From: Campylobacterota bacterium
Lineage (GTDB): Bacteria > Babelota > Babeliae > Babelales > RVW-14
Length of the DNA stretch: 64,000 nucleotides
Assembly (NCBI GenBank): GCA_020633995.1
Contig: JACKCO010000003.1
Location: 4,441-68,440, forward strand
Direction of reading: 5' to 3'
Part shown: piece by piece, positions 19,545 through 29,302 of the stretch
How positions within the stretch are numbered: position 1 is the stretch's first letter
How the letters are laid out: each line of letters opens with the position of its first letter
Notes under the pieces: model-generated
Databases searched by the model: none
Told to the model about the DNA's origin: nothing
Seen by the model: only the letters and a program-made list of their open reading frames with translations
Translations under genes and position numbers: made by a program

Positions 19545-20318
19545 ATGAAAAAAATAGCTATCGCGATGTTTTGTTTAGCAAGCATTTCGTTAAGCGCAGC
19601 AGAAAAGCCAACGAATACACAATCATTCGAAAGTGGCCTGCACCAGTTCACACCAACAGACAATAAAATTGGTTACTTTATCCATGGCCCTAATGATATT
19701 TGCAATCAATGGGCGCTCTTTTCCAAAGGTAAAAGAGTAGTGGACGCTGGCTGCGGAGACGGCTACTGGACTTTAGAAGCATTGCGACAGGGCGCAAAAA
19801 AGGTTTTTGCCATTGACAAGTGCCAAAGCCACATTCATAAAACGCAGGAAACTACAAAGTTGTACTACACGCAAGTCACTTACCATCACGAATCAATAAT
19901 GGACATAGATCTTCCAATTGACTCGGTTGATGCAATACTATTTTGTCATGTTTTAGCATACCTGAGCCCAGCTGAAATTAAAGAGCTCATACTTAATACA
20001 AAAAACTGGCTAAAGCCCGGGGGGAAAATATTTATTGTCACCACATCAATTAACACTGAAGGAAACGAACAATTTAATGCTTGTAAAAAAGAGTACGAAG
20101 AAAAAATCGTAGCAAACCCATTGAGCTTTGTTGCAATTAATTTTCACAAATATATGGAACAAACAAAAAATATTCTTCCTGAATGGCACAGCCTAACATC
20201 ACCAAGAAGCCTTTCTATGATGCTTCAAGATTGGGGATTTGAAGTTGAAGCATGTCATGACATTACCATTGGCATTAGATCAAAATTCTGTGGCGCTATC
20301 GCGGTCAAACCAAATTAA
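19545..20318 (+). CDS. Exported class I SAM-dependent methyltransferase, canonical motif I
   Basis: GGGAG RBS. Signal peptide MKKIAIAMFCLASISLSAAEK. VVDAGCGDGYWT, VFAIDK, ILFCHVLAYLSP and WLKPGGKIFIVTT motifs. Confidence 0.8.
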   Translation: MKKIAIAMFCLASISLSAAEKPTNTQSFESGLHQFTPTDNKIGYFIHGPNDICNQWALFSKGKRVVDAGCGDGYWTLEALRQGAKKVFAIDKCQSHIHKTQETTKLYYTQVTYHHESIMDIDLPIDSVDAILFCHVLAYLSPAEIKELILNTKNWLKPGGKIFIVTTSINTEGNEQFNACKKEYEEKIVANPLSFVAINFHKYMEQTKNILPEWHSLTSPRSLSMMLQDWGFEVEACHDITIGIRSKFCGAIAVKPN

Positions 20319-20320
20319 AA

Positions 20321-20356
20321 AGAAGGCCCCGATTTTCTTCGGGGCCTTCTTTTTAA
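20321..20356. terminator. Bidirectional terminator
   Basis: AGAAGGCCCCG-attttctt-CGGGGCCTTCT flanked by A and T runs. Confidence 0.8.
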
Positions 20357-20372
20357 AAAAACAAATTCTAAT

Positions 20373-21341
20373 CTATCGTTGCCTATGCAACATACGCTCG
20401 CGCATCAAACTAGCAAGCTCTTCTTGGTAAAACAAATATACACCAAACAAAATAACCATCGCCGATGTTACTAGGTTTGTTGTTAATCTTTCATGTAAAA
20501 ATGTATATCCAAAAAAGGCCACAAATATTGGTACTGAAAAACCCGCAAGTGAAACGAAATTTGCCGAGTGAATTCTTAAAAATGTTGCATACATGGTGTA
20601 TGCAATAATGTTACCAACAAAAACAGTGTAGGCAAAAAGCAAAATCCACTGCCAAGAAAAACTAAAGCTAATGGTTGCGTAATTATCAACAAATGTCGAT
20701 AAGCACAACGCCAGCACACCTGAAATGCTCATCATAACACCATTAAGCTCTGCTGGTGCATAACGCTCTCGCTTAAGCATGCTTTGTGCAAGCAGCCAAC
20801 CATATCGCCCAATAGCCATGGCAGCAAAAGCTGCAAGCTCAGGAAACGAGAAAATTAGGAATGCATGGAACCCTTGTTCTGACGTGTAGTTTGAGTAACA
20901 CAAGATCATAGACCCAGAAAATCCAACCAAAATACCCAAAATCTTTTTAAAGTTGAGTCGGTCGCTAAATAAAAAATATGAGTAAATTGCTGTTACAAAC
21001 GGATCAAGACTGCCAATAAATGCAGCCTTACCAGACGGCATGTATTTCAGAGCAAAGGCTTTACAAAGCGAAGGCACACACGTCGTAAAAAGTGCAGCCA
21101 GCATAATCTTGAAAATATCATCCTTTAAATATTTCCAACGTAGACGAGGAGAGGTCCGGTAGTACATAAACCACAAAATGAGACCCGCCGTAAGCATACG
21201 AATGCCAACAAAAAACGTCGGAGGAACACTTGCAAGTAATACCTTATTTGCTGAAATAGCGCTTGCCAACAAAGCAAAGCCCAAGAAGATGAAATACATA
21301 CTAGTCCTAACATTTTTAAATTTATGCGATAGACTATCCAC
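20373..21341 (-). CDS. EamA/DMT-family transporter (10 TM)
   Basis: Two EamA-like halves of five hydrophobic helices each. The start is a GTG at 21341 or an ATG at 21299. Confidence 0.8.
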   Translation of the reverse strand: MDSLSHKFKNVRTSMYFIFLGFALLASAISANKVLLASVPPTFFVGIRMLTAGLILWFMYYRTSPRLRWKYLKDDIFKIMLAALFTTCVPSLCKAFALKYMPSGKAAFIGSLDPFVTAIYSYFLFSDRLNFKKILGILVGFSGSMILCYSNYTSEQGFHAFLIFSFPELAAFAAMAIGRYGWLLAQSMLKRERYAPAELNGVMMSISGVLALCLSTFVDNYATISFSFSWQWILLFAYTVFVGNIIAYTMYATFLRIHSANFVSLAGFSVPIFVAFFGYTFLHERLTTNLVTSAMVILFGVYLFYQEELASLMRERMLHRQR

Positions 21342-21440
21342 ACAAGAAAACTTAGTTTACAAAGCTTAAGTAGTTTGTCCAAAAATAATATCGTAAAACA
21401 ATCGTCTTAACAAAAAAGATTTACATTTCATTGAAAAAAT

Positions 21441-22337
21441 ATGCAATTGTCATTTTTTAAAGAAAAAAAAGCCAGTAGGCCTGAAGCTCACCTTACTTAT
21501 CAGTTTAGAAGTGAAGGCCTCTCTGAAAATATCATCAAACAATTTCAAGAGCTCATTTACAGTTTTTATAATCAAAGGCGACGCTCTTTTGCCTGGCGCG
21601 ATCATATCGATCCATACCATGTTGTCGTCTCTGAAATAATGCTACAACAAACACAAACAGACAGAGTAACTAAAAAATTTGAGCAATTCATAACCACTTT
21701 TCCATCGTTTACGCTACTTGCTCAAGCATCATTTGACGAGGTGCTACGAGTTTGGAAAGGACTTGGATACAATCGCCGAGCCCAAGCACTACAAAAAATT
21801 GCACAAAAAGTTGTCTCAGAATTTGATGGACACCTACCATCTGATGAGCTTGTACTTGAAACGTTTCCCGGTATTGGCAGGGCAACCGCACGCTCAATTG
21901 TGTCTTTTGCCTATAACAAGCCCGTTAGTTTTATAGAAACGAACATCAGAACTGTTTATATCTATTTTTTCTTTCATGATCAGCTCGGTGTTAGTGATAA
22001 ACAACTCATGCCGCTTATTGAAAAAACCTTAGACCATGAAAATCCACGCGACTGGTATTACGCACTTATGGACTACGGGGTAATGCTAAAAAAAGAAGTT
22101 GGCAACTTGTGCAAACTCAGCGCACACTACACTAAGCAATCCAAATTCGAAGGTTCTGATAGGCAAATTCGTGGTCAAATTTTACAGATACTTCTTGATC
22201 ACGGTTCACTCAAACAAGCAAAGTTGATTCATGCGATAGGAAAAGAAAAAGGGAGAATTATCAAAATCATTGACCAACTCATACAAGAAAAATTTATTCT
22301 TATCGATAATGATACCTTAAAAATTCAATCCTCATAA
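21441..22337 (+). CDS. HhH-GPD base-excision glycosylase, MutY-like N-terminal domain, no Fe-S cysteines, C-terminal winged-helix-like tail
   Basis: VVSEIMLQQTQTDRV, WKGLGYNRRAQAL and HhH FPGIGRATARSIV motifs. There is no C-x6-C-x2-C-x5-C cluster. Confidence 0.75.
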   Translation: MQLSFFKEKKASRPEAHLTYQFRSEGLSENIIKQFQELIYSFYNQRRRSFAWRDHIDPYHVVVSEIMLQQTQTDRVTKKFEQFITTFPSFTLLAQASFDEVLRVWKGLGYNRRAQALQKIAQKVVSEFDGHLPSDELVLETFPGIGRATARSIVSFAYNKPVSFIETNIRTVYIYFFFHDQLGVSDKQLMPLIEKTLDHENPRDWYYALMDYGVMLKKEVGNLCKLSAHYTKQSKFEGSDRQIRGQILQILLDHGSLKQAKLIHAIGKEKGRIIKIIDQLIQEKFILIDNDTLKIQSS

Positions 22338-22342
22338 ATTTT

Positions 22343-23713
22343 ATGAAAAATTTTATACTTACCCTTCCTGCGATGATGCTACTATTTCTTTGTATCCATG
22401 CGACAGAAGATCCTTTATGTAAATATCCTACTGGGGATACTCTAAAAAATATCAAAGTACTTGAAGCTGTGGAACACTCATTGGAATCTATTCAAGATAA
22501 AAAAATCCTCAGCACAAAAGTTTTTAACTATTTTCGGAGCTTCCCGGACAACGCAATTACAGCTGTTTGCTTGGGGAATCTACAAACCACTCTCGAGGAA
22601 AAACTAACTTTACGTAAGATACTCGATGATTTTTTAACTGAAACAGGTAAAAATGCTTTGCTTAGTAAAATCATCTCACATGCATCATCTGGCGGCGCAA
22701 ATACAGTAGCTAAATGCTTATATGATTTACACGAAGAGTGTTATATAACAACTAGCCAACTACCTATGACAATCACTCTAATCAAAAACCCTTCCGTTGA
22801 TCCATACTATCGTGGATATTTTTTTTGTTTGTTAGATGAGTCAGTAGCACATAAAGTTTTGGCTTGCGATGTATATTTAAATACTGAAACGACAAAGTTT
22901 ATAAGAGGAATGTGTCGTGCAGTGCCTTTTACCGATTGTCATAACTTTTTATACCTGGCTCATGATATTATTCGCAGAGCTTTACAGCAATCTCCTCAAG
23001 ATTGTGCACAATGTTTCATACTTTTTAACAAAAATATGTATTTTCGGTTTTACCTGGACAAGCTTATTCAAGATTGGCAAAATCAGATTGTAGATCTTAT
23101 AGACAATCCAAGCCTAACCCCATACAACCGAGGTTATCTGTTTGGGCTACTAAGCGCACACGGAATCTACAACATCCCAGAACCTCAGCTCTCTCATGCC
23201 TGGTGGGGTGTGAAAGAAGATGAAATAAACTTTGCCCACGGCTTTATCGCAACCTGTGACAAAAACCAACCACTAACTAACTTGAGCGAAAAACTCTATC
23301 TCGCATTATTTGAAGTAACATTATCTTACGCAAAACTACGTAACTTTGTGGTAACACCCTACAATCAATGGTTAGATCAACCCACATTCCAAGATCTCTC
23401 CAGCATTCCCGTTGACGCCATTTATGGTTATATTCATGATGCAATAAACTTCAAAAACTTAGAAGCCTTAGAATTTCTGTTAACCCATCCAAAGCTGAAC
23501 ATCAATAAACAATTTGCTAACGACCGTGAAGAAACTATTCTGCATGAGACAAGAGATCCTATTTTTTTTATCTATTTGGTCAAACAAGGAGCCAATCCTC
23601 ATGCAAAAAACATCTATGGCAAAACACCTTTAGACACAATTAAGTACTGGAGTCCGTGCAGTTATGCAAGCTTAAAGCTCGCAGTAGAAAAACTTGAAAC
23701 AGAACAACTATGA
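22343..23713 (+). CDS. Secreted protein with a novel N-terminal domain and a C-terminal ankyrin repeat
   Basis: Signal peptide. LIDNPSLTPYNRGYLFGLL..IPEPQLS motif shared with the next gene. C-terminal ANK (ETILHE..LVKQGANPHAKN..GKTPLD). Confidence 0.8.
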   Translation: MKNFILTLPAMMLLFLCIHATEDPLCKYPTGDTLKNIKVLEAVEHSLESIQDKKILSTKVFNYFRSFPDNAITAVCLGNLQTTLEEKLTLRKILDDFLTETGKNALLSKIISHASSGGANTVAKCLYDLHEECYITTSQLPMTITLIKNPSVDPYYRGYFFCLLDESVAHKVLACDVYLNTETTKFIRGMCRAVPFTDCHNFLYLAHDIIRRALQQSPQDCAQCFILFNKNMYFRFYLDKLIQDWQNQIVDLIDNPSLTPYNRGYLFGLLSAHGIYNIPEPQLSHAWWGVKEDEINFAHGFIATCDKNQPLTNLSEKLYLALFEVTLSYAKLRNFVVTPYNQWLDQPTFQDLSSIPVDAIYGYIHDAINFKNLEALEFLLTHPKLNINKQFANDREETILHETRDPIFFIYLVKQGANPHAKNIYGKTPLDTIKYWSPCSYASLKLAVEKLETEQL

Positions 23714-23740
23714 ACCTACAGTGAAGGCCAATAATCGACT

Positions 23741-24886
23741 ATGATTGGATGCAATATGCCTGTAAAAAGAAAAAAATTATTTATTGCTGCGCTGTTCTTT
23801 TTAACTGAGGCTCATCCAGCAGATCATTTTACACACCCAACAACAAATTTTAGCAAGCAGTCACCTCGCTTAACTCGACAGTTACGGGCAACTATTAATA
23901 AATATTACATACCAATTTGCTCGTCAGAAGACGAGCAAATTAAGTCTATGCAGACAATACTTGGCCGTGTTGCAACGCTAAAAAATAATAACCTCATAAG
24001 TCCCGACTGTTTTGAATTATTCACTCATGATCATCAACTGGCAATTTCCGGTCTCTTAAGCGGAAAACTAGCTATCTCACAAAGTTCTATATCTGAAAAA
24101 TTGTACCTGTTTTACACAATAGCACCATTTTTAACACTCAACGGAAAAATTAACTTCATAACACAAATTATCGGAGAAATGTACAACAAATGCCGCAATC
24201 AAACTGCTGAGTGCTTTGTTTTTTTAAAAAAATACTTTCTTTTGAACAAAGAGCTTGCAATGCACTTTAAAGAAACCATTGTTCGTCTAATTGGTACAAA
24301 CAGAGTGTATTCCTACAACAGAGGCTTTTTGCTCGGCATGGTTGATCTGCTCGACTTAACAGATATTCCAGAACCCCAGCTCTCCCCAATAGAATTTTTC
24401 TCAAACGTTGCAAGAATGAATATTGCAAAAGGATATCTAGCCGCAACCGACTACAAAAAACTACGTACATCTTATTCTAACGACCTTACGCTTGATTTAT
24501 CCTCGGTAGAAGAATGCCACCAAAGTATTGAAAAATCTATCAGAGAACACACAGTAATAAATCTATCCCCCAGCTATTTAAGACAATACCTTAACATTAA
24601 CGGACCTCACGACTATGTGGCAGAAGCCGTAAACTACTCTAACCCCACAGCTCTTAAGCTTTTAATAGAACTTGGAGTACCTCTGAACAAACCCGATCCA
24701 AACTGGCAAACACCACTGCACGTAGCTGCAAGCCATGGCAAAATTGAAATTATGACACTGCTATTAGGACATGGAGCAAAACAATACTTGCGTGACATGA
24801 ATGGAAAAATACCGGTAGAACTTGCAAAAGAAAATGGTTACCTAATTTATTGGCTGGAGGCAATGAAAGGAGTTGGAAGGAACTAA
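23741..24886 (+). CDS. Paralogue of the previous gene: secreted protein with C-terminal ankyrin repeats
   Basis: LIGTNRVYSYNRGFLLGMVDLLDLTDIPEPQLS. C-terminal QTPLHVAASHGKIEIMTLLLGHGA. Confidence 0.8.
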   Translation: MIGCNMPVKRKKLFIAALFFLTEAHPADHFTHPTTNFSKQSPRLTRQLRATINKYYIPICSSEDEQIKSMQTILGRVATLKNNNLISPDCFELFTHDHQLAISGLLSGKLAISQSSISEKLYLFYTIAPFLTLNGKINFITQIIGEMYNKCRNQTAECFVFLKKYFLLNKELAMHFKETIVRLIGTNRVYSYNRGFLLGMVDLLDLTDIPEPQLSPIEFFSNVARMNIAKGYLAATDYKKLRTSYSNDLTLDLSSVEECHQSIEKSIREHTVINLSPSYLRQYLNINGPHDYVAEAVNYSNPTALKLLIELGVPLNKPDPNWQTPLHVAASHGKIEIMTLLLGHGAKQYLRDMNGKIPVELAKENGYLIYWLEAMKGVGRN

Positions 24887-24940
24887 AGTCATTTGCTTGT
24901 TATCTACATTTAACGTATGATTTTTTTATAGGGCCAAAAC

Positions 24941-25690
24941 ATGCTACAAAAACAAACAGAAAAAATTATGTGTAGTTTTACCAAGCCACACTTTTCAATT
25001 TTTTTCGGTACAAAGCAAAATTGTAATGCAGCATACAATTCTCCCGAGTTTCAAACACAATGTCAGAACCTAAAAGAAGAGTTTAAACTCAAACAAGTAA
25101 TTTTGCTCAAACAAACACACTCTGTTCAGGGCGTTGTTGTTGAAAAGGAAAAGAAGAAAGATAAAGAGATTATTCTCTTTGAAACTGAAGGCGATTTTTT
25201 AGTCACTAACAAACCAAATGTAGGCATCGGCATCATTACCGCTGACTGTCTTCCCATCATTGCCTGGTCAGAAGAACATAAGGCCCTTGGCATAGCGCAC
25301 GCTGGTTGGCGTGGCAGCATGCAACAAATTGGCAAAAAAATGATTGAGCGCATGCAAGATCGTTTCAATATAGCACCGCAAGATCTAAACATTTATTTTG
25401 GGCCAAGCGCCAAATCATGCTGCTATCAGGTGCAAAAAGATTTTTTAGATTATTTTGACTCAGTCGACACACAAAAAAAATGCATCGTCGAACGCAACGG
25501 CAACTTCTTTTTTGACCTGCCAACACTCAATAGAATGCAACTAACTAGCATGGGAATAGATCCAAAGCAGATCAACACCACACAAAACCTGTGTACACTG
25601 TGTCACAAGCAATACCATTCATATCGTCGAACCAAAGAGCAATACTCACGCCAGGTCAGCATGACCTGGCTTCATGACGCTTATAACTGA
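24941..25690 (+). CDS. pgeF: YfiH/PgeF (DUF152) purine nucleoside phosphorylase / peptidoglycan editing factor
   Basis: [12 protein letters not shown] and GIAHAGWRG motifs in the canonical order. Confidence 0.85.
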   Translation: MLQKQTEKIMCSFTKPHFSIFFGTKQNCNAAYNSPEFQTQCQNLKEEFKLKQVILLKQTHSVQGVVVEKEKKKDKEIILFETEGDFLVTNKPNVGIGIITADCLPIIAWSEEHKALGIAHAGWRGSMQQIGKKMIERMQDRFNIAPQDLNIYFGPSAKSCCYQVQKDFLDYFDSVDTQKKCIVERNGNFFFDLPTLNRMQLTSMGIDPKQINTTQNLCTLCHKQYHSYRRTKEQYSRQVSMTWLHDAYN

Positions 25691-26964
25691 GCCTGTATTG
25701 TGGTCGCTTTACCCGGAATAATGTTTTTTTGGTAGACGGGGAACTGAGCACAAAATGCATCTACTTTTTGAGCTATCTCATCGAGGTACTTCTGGTTTTC
25801 CCTGTGCTCAATAGCCTCATTAATCCAGTAAGCTAGTTCACGTGCCTCTTGTTGCCCAAACCCACGTGTCGTGATGGCCGGAGTACCAATTCTAATCCCA
25901 CTTGTAACAAGCACTGATTTTTTATCAAAAGGAATCATGTTACGGTTCACAACAATACCACATTGCATCAATGTTGCTTCAACCTCTTTGCCGGTCAACG
26001 CCTCATTACCCTTTTTACTTGTTACATCAACTAAAAACAAATGAGTATCCGTACCTCCAGAAATTATGCGATAACCGCACTCGTGCAGTGTATTTGCCAT
26101 CGTCTGAGCATTGACAACCACCTGCTTTTGATAATCTTTAAAATCTTGGGTCAACGCCTCCTCAAATGCGGCGGCCTTAGCTGCAATAATATGCATAAAC
26201 GGTCCACCCTGAGTACCCGGCATAACTGCCTTGTCAACCTTAACACCCCATTCAGCCTTACTTAAAATAATGCCCCCACGCGGGCCACGCAGTGTTTTAT
26301 GTGTCGTGCTGGAAACAACATCGGCGTGTGGCACTGGGCTTGGAATAACACTTGCAGCCACAAGCCCCGAAATATGTGCCATATCAACAAAAAGAATAGC
26401 ACCCACCTCACAAGCAACACACTCAAGTCGGGCATAGTCAATTAAGCGGGAATAGGCAGATGCTCCAACAACAATCATTTTAGGCTTATGTTGATGCGCA
26501 AGACGAGCAATACCGTCATAGTCAAGTTGCTCAGTTTCCTGATCAACGCCGTAAGAAATGAAATTGAAGTATTTACCTGAAAAATTAACGGGATGACCGT
26601 GAGTTAAATGCCCTCCAGCACCTAGGTCCATACCTAAAACAGTATCCCCAGGCTTAAGAAAGCTGAAATATACGGCCCAATTAGCACTCGATCCAGAATG
26701 AGACTGCACATTGGCGTATTCTGAACCAAATAATCTATTTACCAGATCAAGGGCATGAGACTCGACTTCATCAACAACATGACACCCTCCGTAGTATCGT
26801 TTTCCCGGATATCCTTCAGCATACTTATTTGTAAGGACTGATCCAGAGGCACTCATAACACGCTCACTGGCATAATTTTCCGATGCAATCAAATTAATTT
26901 CGCTCTCTTGCCTGATTCTTTCCCTACTAATCAGTGTTTCAAGATATCCAGAGAAGTCTTTCAT
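25681..26964 (-). CDS. glyA: Serine hydroxymethyltransferase
   Basis: [17 protein letters not shown]-lysine motif and full-length similarity in motif order. Confidence 0.95.
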   Translation of the reverse strand: MKDFSGYLETLISRERIRQESEINLIASENYASERVMSASGSVLTNKYAEGYPGKRYYGGCHVVDEVESHALDLVNRLFGSEYANVQSHSGSSANWAVYFSFLKPGDTVLGMDLGAGGHLTHGHPVNFSGKYFNFISYGVDQETEQLDYDGIARLAHQHKPKMIVVGASAYSRLIDYARLECVACEVGAILFVDMAHISGLVAASVIPSPVPHADVVSSTTHKTLRGPRGGIILSKAEWGVKVDKAVMPGTQGGPFMHIIAAKAAAFEEALTQDFKDYQKQVVVNAQTMANTLHECGYRIISGGTDTHLFLVDVTSKKGNEALTGKEVEATLMQCGIVVNRNMIPFDKKSVLVTSGIRIGTPAITTRGFGQQEARELAYWINEAIEHRENQKYLDEIAQKVDAFCAQFPVYQKNIIPGKATTIQAQL

Positions 26965-27124
26965 TGCTCACCTTTTTATCACGTTACATAGATCATTTTT
27001 TCGCTTTTACCGTCTTAATTTATTGACTATTGGTAATTAAAGATAGTATCTTTAAGAGTAGTTATACACACAATTAGTCAACGTATTTTTGTAGTATACC
27101 ATCTCTTTGAAAACGGAGAAAGTC

Positions 27125-27556
27125 ATGAAAAAGCTCATTCTTACAGTTCTCAGCTTGGCACTATTAAGCCCTCACTTTGCATCATGTCGACATGGCGGAG
27201 CAGCCGTTGCCGGTGCTTTTGGGGGACTGGCTCTAGGAACTATGCTTGGCACCGCCGCTGCAAACTCCAACAACTCATCCAGAGCTGAACGAGAAGCTAT
27301 TAGAGCACAAGACCGTGCTGATCAACTACAACGCGAGCAGCAACAAGATCGTCTCGATCAACTTCGCCGCGAACTTGACCAGCAAAACAAAGACCGCCAA
27401 ATGCAAGAGCAAAAATTGATACAAGAGCAGCTGATGCAAAAACAACAAACCCAACCAGTCAGCGACACGATGGTCATGATGCTTATGTTTGTGGCCTTGT
27501 TGCTTTTCTTCGCAGTTGTAGGCCTGAGCATTTTGGTTTTAAGAAAACGAAAATAA
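27125..27556 (+). CDS. Small lipobox/signal-peptide protein: glycine zipper, Q-rich coiled coil, C-terminal TM anchor
   Basis: GGAGA RBS. MKKLILTVLSLALLSPHFASC, GAAVAGAFGGLALGTMLGTAAA, QLQREQQQDRLDQLRRELDQQ, a terminal hydrophobic helix, then RKRK. Confidence 0.75.
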   Translation: MKKLILTVLSLALLSPHFASCRHGGAAVAGAFGGLALGTMLGTAAANSNNSSRAEREAIRAQDRADQLQREQQQDRLDQLRRELDQQNKDRQMQEQKLIQEQLMQKQQTQPVSDTMVMMLMFVALLLFFAVVGLSILVLRKRK

Positions 27557-27579
27557 TTTAAAAAGGTAAGAGAATAATA

Positions 27580-28230
27580 ATGGTGAGTATCATCTCTTTT
27601 ATCAAAAGCACATTTCACACGCTTGTCATGCTACCAACAACTGTTCCATATGCTTTCTACTCACGCAACGCCTATAATTTAGCAATAGTTAGCTCAAGTC
27701 TTTTAATGACAATCACCCCGCCGCTACTTTTGCTATTTATTTTTCTGGTTTTTACCAACACGATTACACTTCAAGCAACAACGCCTGCCGCTACATATTC
27801 TCGAAAAAAGTTCATTGTCCTAACAATCGCTAACATTATCTGGTTTGGCACATTGTGTTCTATCTTTTTTTACCAACTAATGAGCACTGGCACCAATATT
27901 GTTCAGCGTTTTGGCGTTTTTTTATGGAGCATGAGCTCGATTGCAACTAGCGCAGTCATCGCCTTCATTTTAATCAATTCAGTACGCAAACAATTTAGCG
28001 CAGAAAGTGAACGATACAAAAATATGAGCTTGCTCATATTAATTATCGGATTCTTTATCTGGGTAAGTAGTTCATCATTTTTCCTCTGGCACGATATACA
28101 CGCACAAAATAATCCAGGACTTGTAAAAATTTTGGCTACATCCGGCATGATGAGTGCTGCAGTACTCAGTATTGCACTCTTGATTATGCTGACCCAAGAA
28201 AGAAGAAAGAAAACCATAACAACCGTTTAG
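27580..28230 (+). CDS. Multi-pass membrane protein, unknown function
   Basis: 216 aa with about 6 hydrophobic helices. Confidence 0.7.
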   Translation: MVSIISFIKSTFHTLVMLPTTVPYAFYSRNAYNLAIVSSSLLMTITPPLLLLFIFLVFTNTITLQATTPAATYSRKKFIVLTIANIIWFGTLCSIFFYQLMSTGTNIVQRFGVFLWSMSSIATSAVIAFILINSVRKQFSAESERYKNMSLLILIIGFFIWVSSSSFFLWHDIHAQNNPGLVKILATSGMMSAAVLSIALLIMLTQERRKKTITTV

Positions 28231-28248
28231 AAAAGGAGTTTATTTACC

Positions 28249-28497
28249 ATGTTTACGGAGATGTTTGGCGGCTGCACAATGTGCGGCGTTAATTTTTTTA
28301 TCGTCATCCCAATACTTGTGGCAGCCCTTGGACTTTTCATGTGGTGGTGTTGCTGTAAGTGCAAAAAAAACAACACGCCTATGCAAAAAGGAAGCGGATC
28401 AATTTCTAACAATTCAAACGTGCCTCATGCAGGCAGGGAGCAAAAAAATGGTTGTGAACAAAAATGCAACAACAAAAACGACAATAACTGTCAGTAA
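28249..28497 (+). CDS. Small single-TM protein with a juxtamembrane Cys cluster and an Asn/Cys-rich tail
   Basis: AAGGAG RBS. FFIVIPILVAALGLFMWW followed by CCCKCKK. Tail CEQKCNNKNDNNCQ. Overlaps the next gene by 50 nt. Confidence 0.55.
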   Translation: MFTEMFGGCTMCGVNFFIVIPILVAALGLFMWWCCCKCKKNNTPMQKGSGSISNNSNVPHAGREQKNGCEQKCNNKNDNNCQ

Positions 28498-28810
28498 AAT
28501 TCTCCTGGTCCTGTGCTTTTTAGGTGTAGCGCCACTACAAGCAGGACGCGGCGGCGACTCATTTGCCGGCGGATTTGTAGGTGGAACAATGGGGGGGCTG
28601 CTTTCAGGGGCTATGGTTAACGCAGGCAGTCGTAGCAGCGGTAGTGGTTCAGAAGCAAAAGCTGACGCTGCGCTGCAAGCAGTAAACAGACTCGAAAGCG
28701 CTATCAAAATAGACCTACAAAACCTGAGCAATCAGATAAACAACCTTGCAAACCAACTCAGAGAAGCTGAAAGAAAAATATACAAACTAGAAGCAAAACT
28801 TAAAGAGTAA
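28448..28810 (+). CDS. Small secreted glycine-zipper plus coiled-coil protein
   Basis: AGGGAG RBS before the ATG at 28448. Signal peptide ..ILLVLCFLGVAPLQA. GGFVGGTMGGLLSGAMV, then a C-terminal heptad region ..NLANQLREAERKIYKLEAKLKE. Confidence 0.7.
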   Translation: MVVNKNATTKTTITVSKILLVLCFLGVAPLQAGRGGDSFAGGFVGGTMGGLLSGAMVNAGSRSSGSGSEAKADAALQAVNRLESAIKIDLQNLSNQINNLANQLREAERKIYKLEAKLKE

Positions 28811-28816
28811 CCAAAA

Positions 28817-28846
28817 ATAGGCTGTTTTTTTGACAGCCTATTTTTC
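28817..28846 (+). terminator. Rho-independent terminator
   Basis: ATAGGCTGT-tttttttg-ACAGCCTAT plus a T run. Confidence 0.75.
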
Positions 28847-28867
28847 ATATAAATAACTGGGAAACGT

Positions 28868-29290
28868 ATGAAAAATGTAACAAAAAAGCTACTGGGGTTG
28901 GGGTTCTTTGCACTGTTGTGCCTGAGCAGTTTTTGCCCTGACCTTGAAGCCCGCCGCAGACACGGTGGATGGCGTCGAGGTCACGGTGGAGGATACCACT
29001 CAAGAGGATACCATTACGGGCGTAGACACGATGGTGGATATGCCGCTGGCTTTGCACTGCCTTTAATGTTTGGGGCAATTGCAGCATCTGCTGCAGCTTC
29101 ATCAAGTGCAAGCAGCGCATCAGAGGGTAACGTTGAACTTGAAATATTCAAAAAAGATGTCGAAATAGCCAGCGAAAAGCTCAACGCTTTTTTCCAGTCA
29201 GTTAAAAATAGCCTGGAAAACATCGACAAGCGAACAAAAGACTTAGAAGACGATATGAACAAACTCGTCGCTAAAATTGAAAAAAAGTAA
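28868..29290 (+). CDS. Small secreted protein: Arg/Gly/His/Tyr-rich segment, glycine/alanine zipper, C-terminal coiled coil
   Basis: Signal peptide. RRRHGGWRRGHGGGYHSRGYHYGRRHDGGY. C-terminal NSLENIDKRTKDLEDDMNKLVAKIEKK, paralogous to the next gene. Confidence 0.75.
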   Translation: MKNVTKKLLGLGFFALLCLSSFCPDLEARRRHGGWRRGHGGGYHSRGYHYGRRHDGGYAAGFALPLMFGAIAASAAASSSASSASEGNVELEIFKKDVEIASEKLNAFFQSVKNSLENIDKRTKDLEDDMNKLVAKIEKK

Positions 29291-29302
29291 GGAGAATAAA
29301 CA

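Noticed and set aside
18135-20318. Restriction-modification or rRNA methyltransferase interpretation of the methyltransferase triad
   Set aside because: All three carry signal peptides. There is no DPPY/NPPY or target-recognition domain and no nuclease partner.
28265-28447. N-terminal 61 codons of the 181-aa ORF (possible longer protein or +1 frameshift fusion with the 82-aa ORF)
   Set aside because: The upstream part has no RBS and no protein-like features. The ATG at 28448 has AGGGAG and yields a clean signal peptide. I saw no slippery heptamer to support frameshifting.
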